Translations under genes and position numbers: made by a program
Part shown: positions 39,018 to 49,331 of the stretch, in pieces
How the letters are laid out: each line of letters opens with the position of its first letter
Position numbering within the stretch: position 1 is the stretch's first letter
The notes under the pieces: model-generated
Told to the model about the DNA's origin: nothing
Seen by the model: only the letters and a program-made list of their open reading frames with translations
Database searches by the model: none
NCBI GenBank assembly: GCA_050011875.1
Contig: JBEKIG010000001.1
Location: forward strand, 64,001-128,000
DNA: 64,000 nt
Origin: Nitrososphaeria archaeon
Lineage (GTDB): Archaea; Thermoproteota; Nitrososphaeria; JACIWG01
Reading direction: 5' to 3'

Positions 39018-39664
39018 ACTTCCACCACCGTTTCTATATCCTTAGGTATTATTTGAACCCTGACCCTAGGATCTTTTGCTTCCACAAGAGATTTAAAATC
39101 ATTAAATCTCGTACCATGGATGGGTATTGCGATCTTTGGCTGGATGATATGAACCATTTCACTAGCACTTTTTGGAGAAGCACCGGGAGCGATTCCTATA
39201 GGAACAAAGATTAGGTCAACATTTAGCTTTGCTATCTGCGAATGTTCTCCGGCGACGAGAGAATCACTAGCGTAAAAAATCCTTGTACCATCATAGTATT
39301 CAATCAGGTAAGTAACAGGATTGACAGCTGGGTGCACGCTCTTATATGCGGTCACAATAATTTTGGAGTCTTTGAATACATCCCAAGGCTTCATGGTCCT
39401 TAACCTTTCCCTTGGGATATATTTTTTTAGTCTACTACCTGATTCGATGTCTGCTAAAACCATCGGGGAGTACGTTGAGAGATCGTTGACAAGTCTAATA
39501 TCGAGGTGATCTGCGTGCTCATGAGAAATCAGTATATAACCTACTTCACCAATTGTTGATGAAGGTACAAGGTAGGGGTCTATAACCAAATTGACGTTGT
39601 TATAGGTTATTTTCAATCCAGAGTATTCATTAAACCAAAGCACTTTAATGATCTTTTTGACCAT
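39014..39664 (-). CDS. MBL-fold metallo-hydrolase
   Basis: IDPY, SHEHADH, AIPIHG. Confidence 0.88.
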   Translation of the reverse strand: MVKKIIKVLWFNEYSGLKITYNNVNLVIDPYLVPSSTIGEVGYILISHEHADHLDIRLVNDLSTYSPMVLADIESGSRLKKYIPRERLRTMKPWDVFKDSKIIVTAYKSVHPAVNPVTYLIEYYDGTRIFYASDSLVAGEHSQIAKLNVDLIFVPIGIAPGASPKSASEMVHIIQPKIAIPIHGTRFNDFKSLVEAKDPRVRVQIIPKDIETVVEV

Positions 39665-39715
39665 ACGACACTGGATACACTAAACCTAAGATAAAGACTT
39701 TTAAAAAAAGGAATT

Positions 39716-40915
39716 TTGAGAAAGAACAAGAATATATTTACAAGCTCATCATGGTTGATGGAGAAGAGGATGCCTGAAGTTTGGTTAAAATATGGTAAAG
39801 TCGAAGTGGCACTGGAGATTCAAAGGGAGAGGCTTGGGCAAATTATAGAAGATCCACTTCCTGATATAGAAATAGAACAAATAGAAAAAGAACTTCAACC
39901 CTTAAAGGAGAATAAGGAAATCAACTTGCTCGTTGGAGACTTTGAAACGACAACAATAAAGTTTCTGCAATATCTCGCAAACTATCTTGTAGCAGCCAAG
40001 GTTAACATTTATTCAAGTGATCAAATTCTAAAGCAGCTTAAGAAAAGCCTTAGGGATTTATTTTACTCATTCCTGAAAATCGAAGAAGAAAGGTTTCCTG
40101 TAGGCATCGTTGATGGCGTCCCATTAAAGCTTCCAGCCATCCTCTCAAAGACCGACCTCTATTTGATTTCTTCAGTTGGATATAACCCTCTATTTGGGTT
40201 TTCAGGTGGCCCAACCTGTCTGCTGGCATTTTGTGGAGACGATTTAAAATATGAAGCGATAAAAAGAGAAACTGAGCTACAGCCTAATTCGGGTAAAGAA
40301 ACATCGGCTGGATGGTTTGCTAATCGAGTTTCTGAAGAAGTGAGCGGATTAAAGGGTGTTGAGATTCTTCCCGGAAGCAGCGGGTTTAGTAAAATTTTCT
40401 TAGGAAACGTCCAAGAAGTACACAAGATAGCTAGCCAAGAACTCTTAAAGTACTCAATGAAAAAGGTCAGTTCTAAGGTTTCACTCGCCATTGTAGCACC
40501 TGGTGAAGAAGAAAAATATCGAACTCTAGATCTTTCACTTAATTCGTTATGGAACGTTCTTCAAGCGATGGAAGAAGGATCCACCGTTATTTTATTGTCA
40601 GAAGCGATTGAAAGTCTCGGATCGGAAGCACTTTCAAGATATGTTTACACAGGATTAGACATAAAAGATTTGTTAAAGAGAGGACCATATTTGGAAGGAC
40701 TTGAAAATCTTTATTATTTATCAGATATTAAAACCAAGTACGACCTAGGATTTCTGACAACCCTTCCTAAAGCACTGATTGAAAAAAGACTTGGTTTCAA
40801 AAGCTTTCTTACCGGCAACTCCACGGTAGACTATCTTATAGAAAAAAGTGGGGATAAAAAGAAGAAGATCACGATAGTTACAAGAGGGGATAAAAGTCTT
40901 CTAACAGCGGTTTAG
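39716..40915 (+). CDS. LarA/DUF2088-like domain protein, degenerate
   Basis: Likely start MPEVWLKYG; FGFSGG; LarA-like C-terminal pattern IVAPG...LNSLWN...ESLGS. Confidence 0.6.
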   Translation: MRKNKNIFTSSSWLMEKRMPEVWLKYGKVEVALEIQRERLGQIIEDPLPDIEIEQIEKELQPLKENKEINLLVGDFETTTIKFLQYLANYLVAAKVNIYSSDQILKQLKKSLRDLFYSFLKIEEERFPVGIVDGVPLKLPAILSKTDLYLISSVGYNPLFGFSGGPTCLLAFCGDDLKYEAIKRETELQPNSGKETSAGWFANRVSEEVSGLKGVEILPGSSGFSKIFLGNVQEVHKIASQELLKYSMKKVSSKVSLAIVAPGEEEKYRTLDLSLNSLWNVLQAMEEGSTVILLSEAIESLGSEALSRYVYTGLDIKDLLKRGPYLEGLENLYYLSDIKTKYDLGFLTTLPKALIEKRLGFKSFLTGNSTVDYLIEKSGDKKKKITIVTRGDKSLLTAV

Positions 40916-42009
40916 ATCGGTATCGGCGCGCAAAGAATAACAATGGCTATCATAAGGACGAAAACAATCTTTCTTGATCTTGATAACGGTGAAATTTCAT
41001 CTAAAGGTCTTATACTGCTTTGACGAGAAGATAAGAATAGAACCAGAAATGCCATAAGTAAAAACCCAAAGATCGCCATTATAATTGCTGATATAAAAGT
41101 GGCGATCGTTTGTTGCCTTCCTGAGAGAACACTGCAGGCCATGTGACTGCCATCAAGTTACCAAGCGGGTAGCGTATTCAGAAATGTTATAAGAAAACCG
41201 AACCATGCAGCATAAGCTATAGGGGATATGACTACAACTTCTTGTGAAATAGAGACTTTACCTAGCATGGTCATCATCAAATTCATCAACAGTGGAATAT
41301 TAGTAAGTGTGGCTTGATTGGAACCGGATAAACTATTAAACGTACTTAGAGGAATAGTAACAGAAGACAACACACCAAAAACACCAACCACTATAGTAGT
41401 AATGAAACCGGTAAGAGGACCGAAAAGACCGACATCAAATTGAATGTCCCGATTAGGCATCGGATCCGTGGCAAATATGACTGCACCGAAAGTTGGAATC
41501 CCCGTACCTGGTATACCTGGGATGAAATAAGGAAGTGTAGATGCCATTCGATGCCGCCTTGCCATTAGAAGGTGACCTAGCTCGTGGAGACCAAGGATTC
41601 CGACGAATGCAAGTACATAGGATAGTGTTACAACGATAGGGTTCGATTCTGGAAAGATCTTCAGATCTATCGGCGAAGAAGCTCTTAACCAACCGTCAAC
41701 CAATAAGGATACTATTGTAGCAGCAAAAAGAGCTAAAGGTATCTTGACGCTGTACTTTTTTTTCTTCACGTAAGATGCAACGTACAACGTGAGGAAGTCG
41801 CCTTCTTTTCTTAGTATTGGAACGTACATTTTCTCGTATAAGAAACTGCATAGTCCAAGAAACTTATCCTTTGTATCTTTCTCCAATAAAAGTTTATATT
41901 CAATAGCACCATCGGAACGAACATATGATTCGAGAACAGTGAAGTTTTTTTTGACTTCATTTGTTATCTCTTCGAAAGCCGCCACGTTCGACGGCCCAAT
42001 ATTCTCCAT
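40912..42009 (-). pseudogene. Site-2 protease (peptidase M50) interrupted by in-frame TAA
   Basis: HELGH, PYFIP, FGA, GP; reads FLNTLPAW-TAA(41158-41160)-LDGSHMAC in one frame, joining ORFs 41158..42009 and 40912..41142. Confidence 0.88.
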
Positions 42010-42069
42010 CTGAGGGGCATAAAGTATCGAACTTTAAAACTTATTTATAATATTGTTTATGGTGTATAT

Positions 42070-42567
42070 GTGCAAATATCCATCCCCCAAGAATACAGTA
42101 TGAGGAAGGCCAGAGAAGAGGATATCGACGGCGTCATTAACATTAACAGCGAAGCACTCCCAGAACATTACACACTTTCATTTTATAGTTCTATCTTGAC
42201 AACTAATCCAGACACCTTCTTGGTTGTAGATTACAACGGTAAAATAGTAGCATATCACATGGGTAGAATTGAATACGCTTTTTCATTAAAAGGAAAGAAA
42301 TTGTTCATAAAAAAAGGGCATGTCATTTCTATCGCTGTACTCGAAGAGCACAGAAAAAAGGGCTTAGCGAGCGCCTTAATGCAGATGGCACTAGACCAGT
42401 TTAGGAAAAACGGCTGTGAAATATCATTTCTGGAAGTAAGAGCGTCAAACGAAAACGCAATAAACATCTATAAAAAAAATGACTATAACATAGCAGAACG
42501 AATTAAGGGATACTATAACGACGGAGAAGATGCCTACGTCATGGAAAAAAAGCTTCTAAAACAATAA
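42070..42567 (+). CDS. rimI: GNAT N-acetyltransferase (archaeal Ard1/RimI type)
   Basis: LPEHY, GHVISIAVLEEHRKKGLA, LEVRASN, YYNDGEDAYVM. Confidence 0.92.
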   Translation: MQISIPQEYSMRKAREEDIDGVININSEALPEHYTLSFYSSILTTNPDTFLVVDYNGKIVAYHMGRIEYAFSLKGKKLFIKKGHVISIAVLEEHRKKGLASALMQMALDQFRKNGCEISFLEVRASNENAINIYKKNDYNIAERIKGYYNDGEDAYVMEKKLLKQ

Positions 42568-42695
42568 TTAAAAAAGATTATAACATTTATTGATGATCTA
42601 ACTTTGGATTAATAATAATAATTAAAATCAAGTTAAGTGTTAAAGAAAAAGTCGATTATAAACAATTTTTATATTTGCCTTGTTTTACTTATAGC

Positions 42696-42992
42696 ATGGA
42701 AGATGCTTTAAAGAACAGGATAGAAAAAGCGCTTGAACAGGTCTATGACCCAGAAATCGGTGTTCCTATCACAGAGATGAAACTTGTCGATAAAATCGTT
42801 ATAGAAGGGGAAAATGTAACCATAGAATATCACCTTTCAATGCCCTATTGTCCACCTATGTTTGCAATAAAAATAGGTCAAGATATAAAGAAGACAATTT
42901 CAAAATTAGAAGGTGTGAAGTCTGTAAAAGCAATTTTGAAGAACCACTACCTTGCTAATCAAATAACAGAGATGTTGAATAAAGAAGAGTAA
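42696..42992 (+). CDS. DUF59/MIP18 Fe-S cluster assembly protein
   Basis: ALEQVYDPEIG, MPYCPP; ATG at 42696 preferred over TTG at 42675. Confidence 0.88.
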   Translation: MEDALKNRIEKALEQVYDPEIGVPITEMKLVDKIVIEGENVTIEYHLSMPYCPPMFAIKIGQDIKKTISKLEGVKSVKAILKNHYLANQITEMLNKEE

Positions 42993-43129
42993 TTTTCCAT
43001 TATTATTTTCAGTTATAGCACTAAATTCATCCGATAGAACATTATATAAGATTAATAATTTTAACGTTGATCATTACGCATTCAAAAATAGACAAGTTAA
43101 TGAAATAGAAAATGTTTATAATAATAAAA

Positions 43130-43411
43130 TCAGATCGTTAGACCAAAGTTCTTTGCAAATTCAGAAAAGTCTTTGTATACATCAAGATATTCTAGACCAG
43201 CCGGTGTAATCTTAAACTTTGTAAACTTCTCCATTTTGATCTCCTCAATCAGACCGACACCGACGAGTTCGGCGATGATCTTGGTTGCGCGAATATATGA
43301 GAGGTTGGCTTTCCTCATTAACTGAGCTATACCAATACCGTCTTGATGCCCATCTTTAACTGCAAAAAGGACATCAGAAACGATATGCACTTGGTTGCGA
43401 TAGCTCATCAT
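43130..43411 (-). CDS. Winged-helix DNA-binding protein (archaeal HTH_45-like)
   Basis: YRNQVHIVSDVL, QLMRKANLSY, FKITPAGLEYL. Confidence 0.85.
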   Translation of the reverse strand: MMSYRNQVHIVSDVLFAVKDGHQDGIGIAQLMRKANLSYIRATKIIAELVGVGLIEEIKMEKFTKFKITPAGLEYLDVYKDFSEFAKNFGLTI

Positions 43412-44020
43412 CTACGATTTAGCACCTCTATAATATATCCATATCGGAAGAGAAAATGCGATAATACCTATTATTTGGAAAATTAAAGAGAAAATCTGAT
43501 AAAACATAGGGTTGGAAACAAATTCAGCAATCCAACTTAAAACTGATTGAACCCCAAAGCTCATCAGACCTAATGCAGTTGTTAAAACAATCTTAGACCT
43601 ATTCATGTGATATGAAATCATAGTTTCTAGGGTAGCGTAGGATATAAAGAAAATGGAAAGAGCTTCAAATGCAGCAGCGGGATTGAATATAAATAAAGAT
43701 AAACCCGCAAACTTTTTTTCTTGTGAGGCTTTAACCATATGAGAAAATGCTAAAAAGAAAAAGCCCATCATTTCGAAGAAAGAGGCACCTATTTGAAGGT
43801 AGCCATAAAAAACAGTAAACCCGAAGATTACAAGAACATCCGCAAAAAATAGTAGGATGAAGTTGACGGAGAGGCTTATAAAAGCAAGGGAAAGCCTCGC
43901 GAAAACTGGTCTCTTGGTTTCAGAATAACCTTTGTAGGAAACAAACAGCACTGATATAGCCATCACTAAAGCAATTACTTCCAGGACTATCTTTAACTCA
44001 TCAAACATCAATACGGCCAA
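43412..44020 (-). CDS. Multi-pass membrane protein coupled to the wHTH gene
   Basis: About 6 hydrophobic helices; stop abuts the wHTH start codon. Confidence 0.75.
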   Translation of the reverse strand: MAVLMFDELKIVLEVIALVMAISVLFVSYKGYSETKRPVFARLSLAFISLSVNFILLFFADVLVIFGFTVFYGYLQIGASFFEMMGFFFLAFSHMVKASQEKKFAGLSLFIFNPAAAFEALSIFFISYATLETMISYHMNRSKIVLTTALGLMSFGVQSVLSWIAEFVSNPMFYQIFSLIFQIIGIIAFSLPIWIYYRGAKS

Positions 44021-44257
44021 TCAACCTTTCCTATGACGAATTGTAGTTATTAACTTAATTAATAAAGTGTGAATAAAAGTTAAGCCACAATACAAAAGTT
44101 TTTATTCAAAGAATGTGTTTTAAAGAGTATTATCTTTGAGTTGGAGAATAAGTTGAAAACTATGAAAATTGGTTTTTACACTTATCTTTTATAATAGTAG
44201 GGTATTATTTCAAAAATTTAAATACGCCTTATAAGATATTCTGCCCAGAGGCAAATT

Positions 44258-44566
44258 TTGGTGGAGATTTGTTCCGTTTGTGGGTTACCTAAGGACCTTT
44301 GTGTCTGCGAACAAATAAGCAAAGAAAGTGCTAAGATTACTGTACGTTTGGAGGTTAGAAGGTTTGGTAAACAGACGACTGTTATTGAAGGCATAGATCC
44401 AAAGTATAACGATCTGCAGAAAGTCGCCCAGCAGCTCAAGACAGCTTTAGCTTGTGGTGGTACAGCTAAGAACGGCACAATCCTTTTGCAGGGCGATCAC
44501 AGGGATGTTATCAAAGGAAGGCTCGTGCAGCTAGGATTTAACGATAATGCTGTAGAAGTTCAATAG
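44258..44566 (+). CDS. sui1: Translation initiation factor aIF1 (SUI1)
   Basis: CSVCGLPKDLC, RRFGK, ACGGT, LQGDH. Confidence 0.96.
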   Translation: MVEICSVCGLPKDLCVCEQISKESAKITVRLEVRRFGKQTTVIEGIDPKYNDLQKVAQQLKTALACGGTAKNGTILLQGDHRDVIKGRLVQLGFNDNAVEVQ

Positions 44567-44573
44567 GGGAAAA

Positions 44574-44756
44574 ATGTTGAGTGAAGAACCAAAGATACGT
44601 AGAGTATCCGTCAGCAAAAGAAGAATCAAATATTGTCCAACGTGTTTGAGTAAGCTAAAACCGGTGCTTGGTCTACACGGTTGGTTATTACCGCAGGAGT
44701 ACGAATGCCCAGTTTGTGGCTACAGGGGGCCCATAGGTTTAGAAAAAGAAGAATAG
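44574..44756 (+). CDS. Small Zn-ribbon protein
   Basis: YCPTC...GWLLP..YECPVCGYRGP, 7 nt downstream of aIF1. Confidence 0.75.
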   Translation: MLSEEPKIRRVSVSKRRIKYCPTCLSKLKPVLGLHGWLLPQEYECPVCGYRGPIGLEKEE

Positions 44757-44812
44757 GACAATCCGTTCAGAGCTCTGTAAAGGAACCTGCTTAGGAGATT
44801 GTCTAATAAATT

Positions 44813-45868
44813 ATGGAAGTATTTCCTATTTACTTCTCAAATTGCAAAATGTTATTTAAGCATTTACCTGTGGTAGATTTGTTGGGTAATCCTGTAAACC
44901 AGAAAAACACAGTGGAAAAACTCTTTAGCATAGTGGTTATCATCTTGTTACTCTTGGTTATAGCAACCATGATGTTATCGTTTATCCTAGGCCCATATGT
45001 CATATTCAATACAGACGTTGGTCAACAGGTGCAAGGTGAAGTACAAGAATATTATATATTTATCTTAGGTGGGCTGTTGGCCTTACCCTTCACAGTTGGC
45101 ATTCAGCAACAGTTTGTTTTCGAGTGGGTCATATGTCTCTCAATATTTACAATTCTTGTATTCTCAGGTAAGGAGAATTTATTGGAGTCTTTAAAGGAAG
45201 CTTACGCAAATGGAACTAAGAAGCTCTTCGGCAATGATCTATCAGCAGCAACTTTAATCTTCGCTGTCTCAATCGCCATCGTACTTGTAATTGACACGTT
45301 ACAAAATCAGATAGGAATATCCAGCGGGTTGCCACCCACAACACCAACAAATCCCGCAGAATTCCTAACCCTAGTCTCATGGGCTCCGATATCAGAGGAG
45401 ATAGGTTTTCGGCTGTCAATAATAGGATTGTTCTCTCTACTGTCAATCCAAGGGTGGCGAGTCAAAATTCCCATCATAGAATATCTAATTGCTCCTGTGC
45501 CAACACTAAGAAAAATAATTAATACGGAAGATGGTAAAAGGAGAGTGAGAAATCTGTTCATAACCTTAATCATATCTTCAGCCCTGCTATTTGGCTTTTT
45601 ACACGTCACCTCCGGATGGGGAATAGGAAAATTTAGTGAAGCGACTGCTGCGGGTGTTATGCTCGGCATAGCTTACTCTTACTACGGTATTGGAGCTGCA
45701 ATATTGGTCCACTGGGGTTTTAACTATTATCTAACTGCAATTCCTTTTTTTGAGGAGCAAGTTTCTAACCTTGGTCTTTCATCTTTCGTCGAAATCGTTG
45801 TTTTAGCGTTGGGTATAGTCATAATAATTTATTACGCTTCAAATTTCCTGATTCATAGAATTAGGTAA
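44813..45868 (+). CDS. CPBP family intramembrane metalloprotease
   Basis: APISEEIGFR, FGFLH, AILVHW; start uncertain. Confidence 0.85.
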   Translation: MEVFPIYFSNCKMLFKHLPVVDLLGNPVNQKNTVEKLFSIVVIILLLLVIATMMLSFILGPYVIFNTDVGQQVQGEVQEYYIFILGGLLALPFTVGIQQQFVFEWVICLSIFTILVFSGKENLLESLKEAYANGTKKLFGNDLSAATLIFAVSIAIVLVIDTLQNQIGISSGLPPTTPTNPAEFLTLVSWAPISEEIGFRLSIIGLFSLLSIQGWRVKIPIIEYLIAPVPTLRKIINTEDGKRRVRNLFITLIISSALLFGFLHVTSGWGIGKFSEATAAGVMLGIAYSYYGIGAAILVHWGFNYYLTAIPFFEEQVSNLGLSSFVEIVVLALGIVIIIYYASNFLIHRIR

Positions 45869-45908
45869 TAGTTTATATCAGCTACACCTTGTATTCTTAG
45901 GGACACAA

Positions 45909-46403
45909 ATGAGCATATTAGGAAAAAGTGAAATCGTTAAGTTACAGGAGAAGTATAGAATATTATATCCCTTCAACGATCAGCTTTTGGACGGAGACGG
46001 ATATATATTGACGGTTAGAAATAGTGTTGTTTTAAATTATCTTGAACACAAGAACTTGATCTCGAGAGAAATAATCATGCTTCCAACAGACATCGTCGCG
46101 CACCTTACAGCGAAAAGTAGATTTGGCAGGCTAGGCCTTTCTTTCCTTAACGCAGCAAAAGTTCACAGCGGGTTCGTGGGAAGATTGGCGTTGGAGATGG
46201 TAAACCTATCAAATGAGAGGGCGCCCATAACTATAAGACGGAACGACCCCTTTATGCATATTGAATTCCTTCAGCGCCTAGGAGAGCCCGATCCTTACAA
46301 CGGAGAATATCAATTTCAATTCATGACATCGAAAGAAGTAGATGAGACGGTTCCCTTTCTAAAAAAGATTTTCCCAGATTTTAAGAGCCATCCTAAAAAA
46401 TAA
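45909..46403 (+). CDS. dCTP deaminase/dUTPase-fold protein, divergent
   Basis: MSILG, AKSRFGRLGL, VHSGFVGRLALEMVN, PYNGEYQFQ. Confidence 0.8.
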   Translation: MSILGKSEIVKLQEKYRILYPFNDQLLDGDGYILTVRNSVVLNYLEHKNLISREIIMLPTDIVAHLTAKSRFGRLGLSFLNAAKVHSGFVGRLALEMVNLSNERAPITIRRNDPFMHIEFLQRLGEPDPYNGEYQFQFMTSKEVDETVPFLKKIFPDFKSHPKK

Positions 46404-46596
46404 AATGGGATAATATAGTAGAAACTGTTTTATCGACTGTCCTAGAATATTTCTAACAGTTAATATATGCCCTACGATTTTCTACAACGCTTAATGCACT
46501 AAAGGTCTCTTCTTCTATCTATTTTTCTTTCTTCTAAGAAGGATGTGTCGTTAGTCGGCTTTTTTTCCATCTACTTTAGCAACCGGTACGATCTGT

Positions 46597-47550
46597 CTAT
46601 TCGACAATTTTCAATTCTTCAGGCGTTAGAATGTTCCTTAATCCCTTGTACCTGTTTCTTATAGTGACTTCAGTGACTCCTGCTGCTTCTGCGACATCTT
46701 TTTGGGTTTTATTTTCTCCTTCAAGAACGCATGACACATAAAGTGCCGCTGCAGCCAAACCCATCGGATCTTTTCCGGCAGAAGATAGGCTTTCCTTGGT
46801 TCTTGTAATAATATCAATCGCTCTCCTCTTTGTCTTTTCAGATAATCCAGCTGCGCTTGCGATCCTTGATACGGTCTTTAGTGGATCGGCTACCGGCATC
46901 TTTTTTTCCAACTCTCTAACAAGTAAGCGATAGCAACGTGCGATATCCTTCTTTTTGATGTTACTCGCTGCGCTGACATCTTTCAATGTACGCGGAGTCT
47001 CTGTTTCACGACATGCAGCGTAAAGGGAGGCTGCAATAAGAGCAGAAATTGAACGACCCCTAACAAGACCTTTATCAAGTGCCTGCCTATAAATGTAAGC
47101 TGCTCTTTCAACGACCGCATCGCCGACACTAAGTTTATCCGCTAACCTATCGAGCTCACTGAATGCCTGTCTTAGGTTGCGATCGACAGGTTCATGAACT
47201 TGGCTTCTACCGTCCCATGTTCGCAACCTATCGAATGTTGTCTTCATCGCTGATGAAATGCTCTTGCCAGAAGCGTCCTTGTCTATCTGACTGATTATCG
47301 TAGATAAGCCCATGTCGTGCATGGCTAATGAAGATGGCACACCTGTCCTACTACGGCTTTCTTTCTCTTCTTTAGAGAAAGCTCTCCATTCAGGACCAGC
47401 TTCTTCAATTTTCTCCTTTATTACGAAACCGCAGTGACTGCAGAATATTTCACCTCTCGCATTGTCCAGAATCAATTTAGTACGATTACATCGTGGGCAT
47501 TTTTCTGTAAGATAAGTAAGGCTTCCCCCAGTAGATTTATCTTCGCTCAT
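46597..47550 (-). CDS. tfb: Transcription initiation factor IIB
   Basis: CPRC...CSHCG Zn ribbon, GPEWRAF, HDMGLST, RGRS, GVTEVTIRNRY. Confidence 0.98.
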   Translation of the reverse strand: MSEDKSTGGSLTYLTEKCPRCNRTKLILDNARGEIFCSHCGFVIKEKIEEAGPEWRAFSKEEKESRSRTGVPSSLAMHDMGLSTIISQIDKDASGKSISSAMKTTFDRLRTWDGRSQVHEPVDRNLRQAFSELDRLADKLSVGDAVVERAAYIYRQALDKGLVRGRSISALIAASLYAACRETETPRTLKDVSAASNIKKKDIARCYRLLVRELEKKMPVADPLKTVSRIASAAGLSEKTKRRAIDIITRTKESLSSAGKDPMGLAAAALYVSCVLEGENKTQKDVAEAAGVTEVTIRNRYKGLRNILTPEELKIVE

Positions 47551-47662
47551 AACTTTTCACCAAACTTTATATCTATCAATACGCTAAAATAGGTAATATA
47601 TAAATTTTTTTATAATTATGATTAAATAAAACTTTTTTTGTCACACAATTCTTACTTAAAAT

Positions 47663-48685
47663 GTGGGAGGCATGTCAGAGGACATAAGGGATTATGTCAT
47701 TACCAATTTTGCAGAGAACCCTTCCATTCTAGTGGGATGTAGGATTGAAAAATGGAGTTGGCCAGTCTGTGGATATGATGTCATAGTCTTCACGAATAAC
47801 GTAAAAAACTATCATTTAGTGACTGTGTCAGAGGATATTTTAAACATATACTGCCACTCACTAGAGGAAATTGATAGCAAGAAGAACCAAGAACTTGATA
47901 TAATATTATCAAATGCCGTAATAATAAACGACCCGAACCTATCACTGGCCGCATGCAAAGAAAAGCTCTTGAAAAGAAAGAACGAATTATATTTGGAAGC
48001 TTTTGAAGAACACTTGCTGAAGCTTTTAAAAAATTTGACATATTCCGAGGAGGCATATAACTTTGGCGCTTATGCTTCATCTGCTTTTTGGATTCTGACA
48101 GTCGGTTACGATACAGCAGCAGCAATCAATCTTCTTAACAGGACCCTAACTTCACCATCTCACCTAATGCAACAAGTTCGTGAAAACCCCCTTTTTAAGG
48201 GGACAAATTTCTTCGTCGATATAGCTGGATTTCTTGCGTTAGAACACGCTACAACCGCTTCATCAAAAAGAGTGTTCTCGCTTCTTGAAACTTTTAAGAA
48301 GCTTGCCGATTTTTATAAGTTCGAAGATCTTCCGCCAACAGAATTTCCTAGAACAAAAATACTCTTATCGAATATTAGAATGGAAGAAGTAGCACGCAAG
48401 TGTGATTTTGCAAATTCACAGAACATGCCACTTAATGCTTATGTAGCTTCTATAAAATGGTTCATCGACTCTACTGTCGAATTATACCTGATGATCTGTT
48501 CGATGGAGAACACTTCACAGTTTAAACCAAGGATCATTGAAGAACTTGAAAAAAGGAGAAACATAATGGGTGGAGGTGTGAGCATTTCTAATCCAATATT
48601 ATTAGAAATGAACCCGTCCATATTGAGAAAAAAAATTGATGAAGCTAAGAGGATACTTTATTGGCTAAGGAGAAACAAAATTTAG
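47663..48685 (+). CDS. Conserved hypothetical protein with degenerate nucleotidyltransferase-like N-terminus
   Basis: ILVGC...CGYDVIVF resembles MNT GS...DxD pattern, followed by helical domain. Confidence 0.55.
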   Translation: MGGMSEDIRDYVITNFAENPSILVGCRIEKWSWPVCGYDVIVFTNNVKNYHLVTVSEDILNIYCHSLEEIDSKKNQELDIILSNAVIINDPNLSLAACKEKLLKRKNELYLEAFEEHLLKLLKNLTYSEEAYNFGAYASSAFWILTVGYDTAAAINLLNRTLTSPSHLMQQVRENPLFKGTNFFVDIAGFLALEHATTASSKRVFSLLETFKKLADFYKFEDLPPTEFPRTKILLSNIRMEEVARKCDFANSQNMPLNAYVASIKWFIDSTVELYLMICSMENTSQFKPRIIEELEKRRNIMGGGVSISNPILLEMNPSILRKKIDEAKRILYWLRRNKI

Positions 48686-49164
48686 AGCTTGTAACCTATT
48701 TTTCTTAGAAATTCTTTTCTCTCTTTTCTATTCTCCTCAGATTCGATCCCAAGCGGAGTGGAGCCGTCAATAACACCTAAAATGCCCCGACCCTGGTCTG
48801 TTTCAGCGACTATTACCTGCAGCTGGTTTGCTGTGGCAGCAAAAATACTGCATACTTCATACACGTTCTTTATTTTTTCTAGTACGTTGATAGGATAAGC
48901 GTTCTTAAGATAAATTATAAATGTATGTCCGCAAGATAGTTCTAAAGCATTTTTACTGGCTAAAGCTAAAAGATTTTCATCGTTTCCTTCACACCTGATT
49001 AATCTCTTACCTGAAGCCTCGCAAAAGGCTAGCGCAAACCTAATATCAGGAACACTGTTGATCAGAGCTTCGTAAATATCCTCGACCGATTTTATAAAAT
49101 GCGTGGCGCCCAAAATTACGTTTAAACCTTCAGGAACATCTATTCTCACAACTTTTAATTCCAT
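48682..49164 (-). CDS. Adenosine-specific kinase family (DUF355) protein
   Basis: [57 protein letters not shown]. Confidence 0.9.
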   Translation of the reverse strand: MELKVVRIDVPEGLNVILGATHFIKSVEDIYEALINSVPDIRFALAFCEASGKRLIRCEGNDENLLALASKNALELSCGHTFIIYLKNAYPINVLEKIKNVYEVCSIFAATANQLQVIVAETDQGRGILGVIDGSTPLGIESEENRKERKEFLRKIGYKL

Positions 49165-49331
49165 CGTTCCAATTTATGGAGAAATTAAAGAAATAAGTCT
49201 TTTGCTTCAGTGACTTATTAATCGTAAATTAATATGAAGGGTATGTTGGAAATATTTGTTAATCTTGGATTAAACCACTTACCTGATAAAATAAAGATTT
49301 ATGCGGCGTTAAAGCCTGAGCCTTAAAATTC

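Noticed and set aside
44754-44805. Intergenic hairpin GACAATC...GATTGTC with internal palindrome CAGAGCTCTG
   Set aside because: No C/D or ACA boxes in proper register; may be a terminator or chance structure
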